Shown in pieces: positions 39,770-52,239 of a DNA stretch of 64,000 nt. The notes below the pieces were generated by a model that did no database searches, was not told the DNA's origin, and saw only the letters and a program-made list of their open reading frames with translations. Made by a program: the position numbers and the translations under genes. Position 1 is the stretch's first letter, and every line of letters begins with the position of its first letter. The DNA is from Fimicolochytrium jonesii (lineage: Eukaryota): NCBI RefSeq assembly GCF_025526975.1, contig NW_026515673.1, positions 930,001 through 994,000 of the forward strand. Reading direction: 5' to 3'.

Positions 39770-40312
39770 TTTATGCAGCGGTGCAAGATTACAACGCCCG
39801 TCAAGGGGTCGCGATCCAGCCTTCTGAATTGCGCCTGAAACTTTGCCGTGATTCCCTTGACGCCCACCCGTGACATGATCTTGTACAAGCTTCCACTGAA
39901 TCCACTCCCCGAGCCCACGATGACCGTCGCGGAACTCGAGGTGGCTGACAAACTCCTGATCGCCAACGTTTACCGTATTCCGTTGACTATCACCGTCACC
40001 GCACTACGTCCCTTAACGCTGGACTTTCCCAACCAACCCAAGATCGACCAGTTAGCCCGCGGCATTCAAGCCGGATTTCCGATCCAATACCAAGGCAAAC
40101 GCGAGTCGCACGACATTCACTCGAACCACCCGTTGGCAAGATTCCGCAGGGAACCTATACAAGAAGATATGACCAGAGAACGTCAAGCTGGCCGTCGCGC
40201 TCCGCTTCCCGAGGCGGTCTTCATGGATCTGCCGTACGCGACTTCGGTGCCCTTGGCCGTGGTAACCAAAGATCGAGACGAAGACGGTACCGTGGTCAAA
40301 TGGCTGGGCTGA
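39770..40312 (+). mobile_element. Degenerate DIRS/Ngaro-type retrotransposon fragment: RT N-terminal region (possibly end of gag)
   Basis: FPNQPKIDQLARGIQAGFPIQYQG..SNHPLA..IQEDMTRERQAGRRAP..SVPLAVVTK..KW matches the region preceding the DIRS-group RT core. The YxDD core was not seen. Confidence 0.72.
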
Positions 40313-40641
40313 TTGATGTCTACAGGATCAACCGGCTGCGTCCCTCTGACCAGCTTCTTCAACTGATTTGGTGGGTGGGCGTCACGCCCGATTTTGGCTT
40401 TCCAATTGTTCTGGGAACTCGCAATCAGAAGGGAAAACATTTGGTCACGTCGGGAATGCACGTTAAATCCGCTATCCCTCTAGGGAGCTAACGGCTATAG
40501 CGCTAGTATTAGTCTGCCAATGGGTGGAGACCTCCCTTTCTTGTGCATTATATCTCTTACCCGAGCGATTTGCCGAAGCGCTCGTGATCCCGCCCCCTGC
40601 CCTCCATACACTAGCTGCAACCCTACATATTATACTACGCT

Positions 40642-41436
40642 CTATATGTCCTCCGATAGCCTAATCTCCTGTTTGAGATGCGCGGACAGCTCTGCTGATA
40701 GTAAGTCAGCAAGTCGTTCCCCCGTCCGTAAGTACGTCCAATGTTTCGTTCCTGGGACATAGTCAAACCGCTTCGGGCCACTACATGTACAGAAAGAATC
40801 CCAACCGTTAAGGTATAAAGATACGCATTATCAGAACATTTGAGAGAACGTACCTTATTGGCGAAGAAAGCCATATCTGTTTATTTGGTGGTTGCTTGTT
40901 AATAACATATGTCCCCATGTCGCCCAGGGACAGATTCAGAACCCCAGCCTGGGGGGGAAAAGCACAAGGATTGAGTGCTTGCCTCTGAGTAGGGTATGCT
41001 TCCTCAACCAAGCATCTTACCGCTACCACAACATCAAACCCATTGATGTTGGCTTCCTCCCCTATCTCCTCTAACGTGTGCTCCAGATATTCCATGACGC
41101 CGTCAGCTAGCGTGTGGTATTCGCGATCTGTGAGCGGATGTCTTAGAAGTGGAGGACAACCTGCCAGCGTCAGAGAAGTAGGTCTCCATTTGACCACGAG
41201 TACCATGAAAACCGGAAGCATACATACGTATCATCGATTTGATTGGTTGGGGGAAAGGGTGCTTTATGGCGTATTGGTGTCGTTGAGAAAGTGTTCGCAT
41301 TGGCTGCTAGTTGGTGAGCGGTGAGCTTGCCATAAATGCGATCACCACACGCAGAGCATCGGGACGCCGGCGGTTTGACGCGCCACGAGTGTCTGAACAC
41401 GGCGCTGAAAGCTCTGCTTATCCGCTGGGAGGCCAT
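40642..41436 (-). CDS. YFH1: Frataxin, mitochondrial, 4 exons
   Basis: Presequence, then [56 protein letters not shown] and LADLLSAEL. Confidence 0.95.
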
Positions 41437-42565
41437 TGTCGTGGTAGGTGATGACTGTGGGCAGTTGATGTCGAAAGAATGGCCGGAGGGAAGCAAGTCT
41501 CGGGTGCCCAATCGTCCCATGAAGCGCAACGGGAGTTACTGGACGCGCAAGCCCCGGCGATGTGTGGACCGAGTCAACTCCGACGCACAATTTCCGGTGA
41601 TAGACTGTCGTGAGCATCTCGGCACGCTCAACGACGGAGTCCCGACAAGCACTACTAGGGGACTCTCAGAACTTAGGATTTTACCAGCCCTGAGAGATGC
41701 TTCTCCTCGTCGGTGTTGGTTGCGGTTACCGACGTTGTGGGTGAAATTCAGGTCAAGACGAGGCGGCGAAAGGTATATGTCTGGAGTGGGATCTCTCCCA
41801 TATATCAGGACAAGACTGTAGTTCTGGTGGTGCGGAGACTGGCGGGCGCCATACACGTCGGCGATATGTCTTTTGGACCACTCGATTTGCAAGCGGTACC
41901 AGACATGGAACGTGCCGAACGACCAGAAGGACTAGAAAGAGACATGCGCTTTTCGTCGGGTGGAAGTTCTGTGTATTGCGATACACGAAGGAGAGCTGCG
42001 GCTCGGGTAATACTGGACAAGTCTGCATAAAGTATGACCTCGTCGCCGAGTATCATTCTGGCGGACAGCCTTGGACACCACGACAACTCTTCCAAAAACT
42101 GGGGCCGTAACAGACTATTCGGAAGCGGGTGGGGAACTACTCGGCCTCTGAGGTTCTGTTTCTTGCAGGCCTCGATGCCTTTGTGAATGCGGGACAGGTT
42201 TTTCTGAACCGGCAAGCGCGGGCGGGGTGTCGGTCATACGATCGCAGGAAAACCCGACCACTCGGTGACGCAACCGAACTGACGACGCACATCTGCGGGC
42301 ATTTCAAGAGAGCGACCAAACTGGAATGAAGCGATCGAGTGGGTCAGACCCCGCATAGTATGTATGCTTGATGCTGAGTCAGAAATGTATCTCCCACAAA
42401 ATGCCTCGTATGAATTGTACACTGTAAAAAACGGCGCAAACTACGCCTTCCAAAAAATGAGAACCGCCATCCTGAACCTGTACAAATGGATGCCTTTCCA
42501 CTACAGGCCAACCGCCACGCCGAGGTCGGCATTCCCATGCCTCTTCCTTTTTCCCAATACCGCCC

Positions 42566-45500
42566 TCATTCCGCCTCCTTCCTATACCACCATTTACACC
42601 ACCTGCCCTCCTCCCCCTCGCTCTCCTCCACATATAGCCAATCCCATCCCCACTCCTCCTCCCTCTGCCCCATGACACTGCCATGCATCACCTTCTCGTG
42701 CTCATCATTGACGTCGAAGCCATGCGTCTGCAGGGCCTGGATCCACGACCGGCGGCTCATTTCTCGCAATTTCTGCGAGAGAGCGCGCGCGAAGACGTCC
42801 GTGGGGCCGAGGAAGTGATAGTCGAAGAGTTTGGAGACTTCTGGGGTGGGTTCATTGTTGATGAAGATAGTCAGGGATGGTGTGGCGGTGGTGTTATTTG
42901 TTGTTGTTTCTGTTTCGGCCTCCACATTTGTTGTTGCGGATGTATGCCCTGTTGTTGGAGAATCTGCTACAGCCGTTTGGGAGATGGTAGCTGTTTTTGA
43001 ATGGCCGTTACTCCCGCGACGACCCTGGCCCCGAACGGCGTCAGAGGCGGTTTTGACGAATGCTTTGAACCCGGGAATGCGAAGACTCGTGCCTGCGACC
43101 ATCAACATGTCTACTTTTCCTATGTCGGCATCGATCTTGGATGAGAGTTCTTCGCCTGTGTAAGGACCAGATAATGAATGGGAAATGGCGGCCAAATAAA
43201 CTTGCGAGATCCACGTAAAACAAAACAAACCACACCCGTGCTCCCCTGCGACGATCCCTTGTTCACCGAAACATACCATTCCAATGCTCCTCCCCATATC
43301 TCACAATCGCCGGCAACAGCACCGGCACACGTCCACAGCTCCTCTTGCCCGCCTCCGTCCGTGCCTCCTCGAACTTCGCACAGCTCGTGCAGAAGGGTAG
43401 CGGGCCTTTGTCGAAATCTTGCGCCCAGAACTTTTCGTAAGCACAGGGGAGGGGTGTTTCGAGCGAGCATTTGGGGCAGCGGAGGTGGTCTGGAGCAGAG
43501 AAGGAGGAAAACATATGTGAAATGTTAGGAAAAAAACTTGACCCTGCTGACAAGAGGAACATATCGACACCGAGAAACGTACATAGATCGCCATGCATCT
43601 TCACCAGCCTGTCCCCCAGTCCAAGGAGTTGATCGAGATTGTCTGCGAAAGGCGCACATCTCAGTACACACTCCTTTGCTCCACGGCACACACATCCACT
43701 CAAACCGCCCCAAATCAACCTACCGATATTCTGCGAATAAAGCCTCAACAAGTGCCCCTCCCCCTCCAAATACCTAACCATCTCATGAAACGCCGTCGTG
43801 CTTTTCTCGCCTCCAACCGCCTTCGCATGCATCCCCCCAACTTTATAGATCGCCCTGGCTGCCTCCTCCGGATGGTCAAAGAACCCATTCGCATCTAGAC
43901 CCTTCTTGACTTCCTTGCCCGTCGCAGTGTGGTAGTACCCTTCGGATGATCGGAAATCGGAGATGCCGGCGGCGGTCGAGACGCCCGCCCCGATGCCGAT
44001 GAGCAGGTTGCGGGAGGACCAGACGGTTGTGGCGATTGTTTGGAGGTGAGTGGTGAAGTCGGAAGAGGTGGGGGTGAAAGTTATGCAATTGCCCGTTGAG
44101 GAGCGGCGAGGGGACGGGCTGGCCGTACTGGAACGTGGGGTAGCGCGGCAGGGAAGGTTTGTTGGCGTCGGGGTTGTGGGGTGCCGAGGAGCTCGTCTGT
44201 GTGGCTGCACATCGACTGATCCGTTGGATGCCCGCCCAACTTTCCCGTCCCGCATCAACCGCCTCTTCGGTGTTGCTGGAATCTCAACCACAAGCCCCGG
44301 ACCGCCCTTCTTCTCCGCATCAGACTTCGCAGAGGAGATGGCATCCGATTGGCGCCTCAATGATTTCTTGTTCTTGGATGGAGACGTTTCCACCTCAGCA
44401 ACAGCCTTCGCTTCACCCCTCCCCTCTGCAGTGACGGTCGCAGAGGGGATGCCCTCCGACCGTCGCCTCGGGGACTTCCTGATCGGGGATGGAGACGTCT
44501 CCACCTCTCCCACGCCCTCCCCCGCGCCCTTCTTTTTCACCCTGCGCGTCGCAGGAACCGTCAGCTTGCCATCTTGTAGTTCTTCACACAACGTGCGCTT
44601 CACACGGCCTTTGCAGGTTCCACTCCCACAGACATCGCAAGTTTTTCCTTTCTTCACCATTCGGAGCGCGGCCATCCGCTTTCCGCACCATTCTGTACAC
44701 AAGGCGCGTATCATACGGCCTTTGCAAGTATTACTCCCACAGATAGCACAGGTCCTTGGTTTCCGCTTTGGCTTGTCATCGGTCGTATCGAGCTCTGATG
44801 GGCTTTGATCTTGCAAGCCAGAGATCTCCGCGTCGTCAAGCGCCGCAGGGGAGATACCCGCCAAACGTCGCCTTGCTGATTTCTTGATACTGGGCACAGA
44901 CATCTCTACCTCTGGTGATAAGACTTGTAATGCTTCACATACGTTGTCCTGCCAACGACCCCTGCAAGTTGCACTCCCACATTCAACACAAGTCCTTGGT
45001 TTCCGCTTAGGCTTCGCACCGACCGTACCGGGTTGTGAGGGGCTTTGGTCGTGCAAGGCCGAGGTCCCTGCTTCACCCGCCTCTGGCGATGCGGCCACGT
45101 CTCTCATCTCGCACGAGGCGCGCGGCCAATGGCCCCAGCAGGTTCCACTCCCACATTCCCGACACGTCCGATTTCCCCGTTTCCGCTTCGGATTCTCATC
45201 GGTCGTGGCAGGTTCTGATAGGCTTCCGTTGTGCAACCCAGAGGTTTCCGCTTCATCCGCCTCTGGGGACACTGCGACATGTTTTTCTGGTCGCTTTCGA
45301 GACCTTGGCGTCGTCTCGATCACAACCACAGGCACCTGGTCGCGTTTCGGCGAGATGAGGAAGCCCGTTTTCGATCTGGTCATCACGGACGTCGCATCGG
45401 CCACGAAAGCGTCCTGGCCAGCCTCCTCATCTGCGGCGAATGTGGGGTGGGATTTGCGTTTGCGTTTCGTTGAGGGGGTCGCGTGTGCTAATACGGTTTC

Positions 45501-48354
45501 CCCGACAGCGTCCTCGATTGATTCGGACGCGGTTTGCGGTTTACGTTTGCGTTTCGTCGCGGGTGTCATGTTGCCCGGTTTGGGTATATGTGATTCGGCT
45601 GAGATATATGTAGCTTCTCCGCCCGTCGTACCATCATGCACATTCGCTTCACCATGGGTAACCGCATCCTCTTCCACTTCATCTTCCGTTACGTCGCGCA
45701 CGGGTTTCATTTTCGCCCTTGATGGAGTTCGCATCACTTTTTCGCGCACCGTGTCGTTCGTCTCGGGTATATCGTCGGCCGCGTCTACGTGTGCATCTGC
45801 GGGGTGATCTTGTGAAGGCACTGGTACGGCATCATCATGCGGCTCGGAATCCGGTTGCGTCTCGACGTCCTCCATCTCAGCGCTGTCTTGGACATGATCC
45901 GTAGCCAGTGTCTCACCCTCCACCTCATCAACCACGCCGACGTCACCAACATCCATTTCATCACCAGCCTCCCCCTGATCTTCCACAACCGCCTCAACCT
46001 CACTCTGTGCAGCCTCAACACCGATACTCCCATCCCCTTCCACAGCCCCAACTCTCCTCTTATACCGCTCCAACCACCGCATCAGATCCGTTCCGTGCGG
46101 GTGTCGACTGCTGTTGGCTGAGGTTTGATTCTATCCCCCCAAAGAAGTCCAATATCAGAACCAAATGCCCACAAATTCGAAGAATTGCAAATAACATACC
46201 ACATAATAAACAGCCCCATACGCCTCCAGCCCAGCCTCCTCCGCCACTGTCGGCACTATCCCCTCGACCGAATCCACAACCTCCTCCGCAAGCGCCTGTA
46301 ATCGCGCGCTGATCGTCGTGCAGAGGTATGGCGGGAGGCCGGTTTTCTTCAGCAGGGGTGTGTATGTGGTCTCAGGGGCTATCGGTGCGGGTGGGTATAT
46401 CGCGTATTCGGTGTCGGTGGTATCGCTATCCGACGCGTCACGGTAGGCTTGGGTATCATGATAGTTAAGCAGCTGTTCAGTGAATTCTTCACCGCCGTCT
46501 TCCACGCCGACCCTCGGCCGCCAGCCCCACGTGCCATCGGTATCAACCTCGACCGTGAACTCCACAAGAGTGAGTCCGGATACCCTCCCCATCGCGTCGG
46601 TGTGTAGGCGGTAGAGTAGGTGTTCGTTTTGGGAGTCTGTGAAGAGGAGCCAGGTCCAGTGGAGGTTGTCTTCGAGGAAGAGGGTGTAGGTATCTGGGGG
46701 GCGGGTGAGTGTGATTGTATGGGTGGTGGGTGCGGATGGCGGTTTGCGGCGAGCGCGCGGAGTGGAGGGTTTCGAGGGTGTTTTTGGTTTGACCGGCATG
46801 CTATTCATCGGCGGCGGTGTCGCCTCGCTTCCAGCGTCGACAGCGGTACTCCGCTCCTTCGCCAAGACCTCCGCCGAAGTCGGGATCCAAACCCCCTTAT
46901 TGGCTCGTCTCCGCCACGGGAGCAACGAATACGCGGGTGCAGACGTACACTCCAGGGACGACAACGACAAGTCCGTCGAATCGGGGCCCGATCCAGCGAG
47001 CTGACTTTCCGATGACCCGCGTCTCGCTATCAACGCTGCCAGACGGTTTCGTCGTATGGCCGCTGGACTCTCTCTCGGCAAATCTCCTCCCTGCATTAAC
47101 GTGGTATCCGTATTCGCGGTAACGAAAGTAGCGGGCGAACTCTGTCGCGACGACGTGTCCGTTTCCGCGCCCTCCAAAGGCCCATGCCCCATTTTCCTCC
47201 GTTCGGCCGGTGAACTTGTCGATTTCTTCGGCGCGGAGCTTGTCAGTTTCCCAGCTGCAGGAGAGACCGTGCGTCGCTTCGCGGGTGACGTTGTCGATTC
47301 CTCCGTCGACCCCGGTGCCGGTATCTCCAATCCGCTCGTAGCTTTTCCCAGCACTGTCAACTTCCCAGCAGCCTGCAACATCCTGCGACGTTCTGCTATC
47401 GTCCATTCTTCATCCGTCATGTCTTGCGGCGCGGAAATGAGTCTCGCCTTCAGGTTGCGGGCTGCAGGCGAGACCGTGCGCCGTTTCGCCGGTGTCCTCT
47501 CCGAGTCCGTTGTAGACGATAACTCCGCTTTCTTCCCCACAGAAGCGGGTTTCCCAACCCCAAGCAATTTCCTAGCAACAGGTGAAGCCGTACGACTCCC
47601 ACCGCCGCGCTGTTTCGAAGAAGTAGACGCGACCGACTCGCTCCATTCCTCGTCCGAGTGTCGTGACAGCGTGCGTTTCGGGAGTGGTGCTGGTGTGCCG
47701 TGAGTACCGTTTGGGAGGTGTCGTCGTCTCTGTGGAGCATATCCCCCCCCACTCCCCACCCCTATCCCCTCCCGGATCTCCAATCCACCCGCAGCCTCGC
47801 TCATCCCGCCCAACCGCCCCAATGCATGTTGGCCCCATTCCCAATCATAGACCACATCCTCCACCCCAGCATCTACGGTCGTCGTCGGGATATTGAAATC
47901 AATATCGACGGTACACCGCAGCCCGCCAAACTGCGCTTCGGGGGCCGGAGTCTTTGTCATGTCGCGGAATGTTATCTTTGGCGTCGGTGCTGTGGTGCCG
48001 TTCACCCTATCAAAAAAAGTATTAGAAACCTCCATATGTCACATACATCAGTTCAAGCATGAAAACAGGGCAAAAGACAAACCTCGCCCATTCCGCCCGA
48101 AAAACCCCACAAACAACCCTCCTAAACACACTCATCACATCTCCCTGCCCTCCCTCTCCATCCCCGTATCCCTCTCCGCTGCTAGCTATGCTGGCTTTCG
48201 GCTCGGAACACAACGCCAACGTCCCGACCAAGAACGCACATCCGGCGTCCGTCGGGGTTTGTATGATCTTGAATATCATGAAAGGTTGGGCTGGTGGGGA
48301 TGGAGAACGCATGCTGCCAGGAGAGTGGGGTGGCAGGGGGCGTGTGATTGACAT
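42566..48354 (-). CDS. Very large NAD-dependent deacetylase (Sir2 family, Hst3/Hst4-like) with ~1,400-aa N-terminal extension
   Basis: GAGVSTAAGISDFRS, LLRLYSQNIDNL, KMHG, CPKC..CTSC..EEARTEAGKR, LLPAIVRYGEEH, DMLMVAGTSLRIPG, IFINNE. ORFs 48022-48354, 46155-48035, 43263-46082 and 42566-43297 join in frame through GT-AG introns. Confidence 0.8.
44583..45275 (-). repeat. Intragenic repeat encoding four (R/K)TC-x2-CGS-x-TC-x-G-x6-C motifs
   Basis: RTCRECGSGTCWGHWPRASC, RTCVECGSATCRGRWQDNVC, RTCAICGSNTCKGRMIRALC and KTCDVCGSGTCKGRVKRTLC. The first three are preceded by a shared SP..S.L....S....PKRK linker that is also visible in the DNA. Confidence 0.9.
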
Positions 48355-48879
48355 TGTTGCTTTGCAATGTGTTGGGAATTGGGGTTTCGAAATTAACCGG
48401 AGTTCAGAGGTGGTTCATGAGGCTTGCACCTCAATGTCGAGGACTGCCTGCTTTTACGGACGTTTTAGTAGACTGACGAAGGGCATATTCTTGTTCTCCA
48501 GGATGGCGGGTTCCTCCTCCTGGGACATAGCCTTGGTGTATCCCGTTATAGTGAGCCCGGTGATAGTGGGCCGACGTGGTGCAGAAAGTTTTCAGAGTCC
48601 GACTGGGCAGACACGCTGTCCTCACGCCAAACACGCAAGGACTCGTTTAAACACCTAACCTACTCAACCCAAAAAACCCCGGTAGCAAGCCCAAAAACCA
48701 GTCTGCTCACTATTCGTCATCTATTAGCGGTCAAAACGAGACCAGAAAAACATCCATCTATCTACACATCCCCAATACGCCGCTTCAAAGAGCCCTACGG
48801 ACAGTAACCTACGCCTATCATCAATCACCCATGTTGCAAAGGGTGTGCTATCCCGAAAGCGCTGATGTCCTCCGCTCCT

Positions 48880-51800
48880 TCAATTGTTGTCCTTATGCAC
48901 ATGATGACTGCAGAAAAAAACCCCCAGTATTAGTAAAACCCACAAAACACGGTCCCCAAATCCAGAAGAGACTTACCAATGATAACAAACCCCCCCATCC
49001 CGCCCTTTCCCCCTTCTATACTCACTACACCCACACGTCCGACAATTATTTACGTCACTCACATCAATCAATGGGCCCGCTTCCCCTCCCCCTCCTTTAT
49101 TTATCGTCCTCGATCTCCGTAACCCAGCCGACGATGACGGTGTAGTTGTATCGTTAGGGATCCGGTCGAGGAGGGTTGGTCTGTGATCCGAGGACGGGGA
49201 CAGGAGGGAGTCGGCGCGGGTGGGGTCGCGCTGTTTGGTGCGGCGGGTGGAGGTTGGGGTGGGGTGGTCGGCGGAGGTGTGGCGGTCGCGGCGGCGATGG
49301 CGGTCGGATGGTGGGTCCGGATGGGTGGCGGGGGGGTGCGTGTGGTGGGATGTCTGGTGGTGGGACCGATGTTCACGTTCGCGTTCACGTTCACGTTCAC
49401 GTTCCCGCCGCCGTCGTTCTTCCCTATCCGCATCCACATCTCTGTCTCTGTCTCTGTGTTCGCGTTCGGATACCTCCCCAGCTGCGGGGCGTTCCGATCT
49501 GCGTACTCTCGGGTGCTCACCCGTACTCGCACTTTCTCCATCCCTACGCACTCCTCTAGAAGTCCCTTCGAACAACTTCCCCAACGGCTCCGAATCCCTA
49601 TCCGAATTCTCATCCCTTCCCCCACGTCGTCTCGCACTCCCACCACCCTCCCGTTCCGACTGCGACGTCCCCTCCTCCTCCCCGCGTCTCCTCCTCCCAT
49701 CCGTTGTATGCGCCCTCCTCGCCGTACTCCTCGTACTCCCAATTGTCGTACTGACCCCGACCCCGGCCCTACCAGTGTGCCGCATCTGCCGCACAAGCAA
49801 CGGCTCCTCGTCATCATCCTCCTCGTCTCGCTCATACTCGTTCTCCGTCCTATACAGCCGGTGATGCGTCTCATGCTCTGATTCACTGACGGAGGCCGAG
49901 TGGGTCGGGTCGGTCTGGGTGCGCAGGAGGCGCGGGCGGGGGTGGGGGACCCGGGCGGAGGGGTGCCGGTAGAGCGCTGAGGAGGCGGGTTTGGGGGGTT
50001 TGGTGGTGTCGATGTTTAGGAGGGTTGTTGATGGGGATTGTGGGGGGTGGATGAGGGTTTTTTTGCGAATGAGGGGTTGGGTTGTGGAGGTTAGCGTCGA
50101 GTCCGGTTTATGCCCTTCGTTTTGATCCAATTCGACCAACACGCCTCCACTCGTCTTCAATCCCGCCGCCGCCGTCGTGGCAGTCACCCCACCCTTCTCC
50201 CTCCGCTTCCTCGCCTTCTCCGAAACCCCCTCCAAATCCACAAACAGCTCCGGAAAATCCGCGAACGTCTTCTCACTCTTCGCCAACCTAATCGCAAGCA
50301 CCCAATCATAGAACCGTTCCTCCTTATCCACACACAAAAACCGTGCATAGTCCTGCTTATTCTCAAAAAGCGAGATCGAGTCCGTCGACCGGAGCGCGAA
50401 ACAGAACCGGGTCGGTTTCTTCTTCCGCGCCTTTGTTGAAGACAAAGTGTACACGTCGTAGTTGCTGAGGCCGCAGAACAGGGTCTCGGACGCCGAGGAC
50501 TGGTCCGCGTCCTTGTAGTAGTACAGGTTGGCTTCGCGCAGGGCGAAGAACCGTTTTTGCCATTTGCCGGGTTTACTCTCCATGTGCATCCACCCCTGCA
50601 CGCGGGGATACTTGCCCGCAATCGATTTCGCCGAGACGGTGTTCTTGAACCCGTATTTCTTCATCACGATCGCGTTACCCGCGCCCTTTCCGCTGGTATT
50701 ATCCCACGCGGAGATTACATCCGTGACGATTTCCCACTCCCTCAAGGGCCGCTCTATCCCAGAATCATTGCACAGCTCAAAGATCGTCCAGTCCGGTGAC
50801 GCGTCCTGGTGGAAGCGGGAGACAACTTCGTCAATGACTTGTTGGGCGGACATGAGGGAGGTGAGGAGGAGGGTTTTGAATGTGCGTGCGTCTTCGATGT
50901 AGATGCGGGTGGTGATTTTCATGACGTTGGCTTCGCTGAGTTTGGCGAGGGCGAGGCGGGTTTTGTCTTCTGCGCTCGTAGTTGTCGTTGCTGCGTCTGC
51001 CGGTCGTGCTGTGTCTGTGCCAATATCGGATGGATTCAGAATGGGAGTATCCTTCATGTCGGCTTTGTCAATGATCTTGCGAATCATGTTGCTAAAGGGG
51101 TTACTTGACGATGTGGACGTGCTCTCAGTGCCTTTGCCTATCACCTGAGGAACCGCGGCCGCTGGAGGAGGCGATAAAGCGGCTGTGCTAGCTTCGATCG
51201 CCCAAGAGGGGGGCGCCTTTGTCTGGATATTCCTCAATCCAACCAGCGGATCTGCAGGATTCGGTGATGCTGGAACAGCCGGCTTCGGATGTCGAGAGTT
51301 CCGAGTCTTGGTGATGTATTTATCCAATGTGACCAGCAACCCGTCGATATCCTCCTCCTGATAATCCGCAATCGTCGCATTCTCCAGCCCTGGCTGCGGG
51401 TCATAATCCTCTTGCGTTTCAACGGGACCGCTAGTAACGCCCTCTTCACTCCCCAATCCGAAACTCATATCAGCCTCTTCCTCCTCAGTCGTCAACCCGC
51501 ACAAATATAGCCTCTTCTGCTGTTTGACGCTCAATTTTCTGTCCAGTTCTCGATTTGGCGCTCGTTCCGCAGCATGGTCGTCATCATCTTCCTCCGACTC
51601 TGTCCCAGACGAAGATTCCGCCGACGAGGACCCATCGCTATCATCTTCAGTCGGAGACCCGCTTTCCGACTCGTCGTCATAATCCGACATACCCTCGCTT
51701 CCGCTGTCGCTGATATACCCTGCTGCGGACGCCGCTTTCAAGTCCACATTGGGGGTCTGATACCCTGTTTTGAGGATCGATGGTGGGCCTGTGAACGGGG

Positions 51801-52239
51801 AACCAGCCGGAAGCCGTGATACGTTGCTTGTGGGGTCTACGCCATTTTGCTTGCCTCCTGCTGCTGCTGAGGTGAAATGGACCCTGCCCGCAGAGTCCGG
51901 CACTCCATTCTCGCGAAGTGCTAGAGGTCGAATGTCGTTTCCACCCCCACCGCCGCCGACCGCAAGCCCGCCCACCCCGCCCGCACGTACTTCCCGCGCT
52001 TTCCCCTTCAGTCCCTCCTCCAGCTTCAATTTCTGCAACATGACGGCGGAGTAGTCCACCACAGGCTTGGGAACCTCGGTTATGGAGTCTCTGCGAACGG
52101 GCGGGTATGGGCGGGGTGCGACGACGGGCGGGGCGGGAAGGACAAGGTAGGGGTCGGAGGAGGAGACGGGTTGGGCTGGGAGTTGGGAAGGGTTTGGTAA
52201 TGGGCTCAGCGGGGTGTTTTCCCCACGTCGTAAGGACAT
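48880..52239 (-). CDS. Ras-association + PH domain adaptor (Grb7/MRL-like RA-PH module) with a C-terminal Cys/His cluster
   Basis: TTRIYIED..WTIFE..IERPLREWEIV (RA); QGWMHMESKPGKWQKRFFALREANLYYYKD..FCFALRS..WVLAIRLAK (PH). One long exon plus a short last exon (C-HHVHKDNN*). Confidence 0.85.

Noticed and set aside
44050..45807. Long + strand ORFs (252 aa and 307 aa), and similar antisense ORFs over calmodulin, centrin, IFT46 and the RA-PH gene
   Set aside because: Antisense shadows of well-supported genes with GC-rich codon bias.
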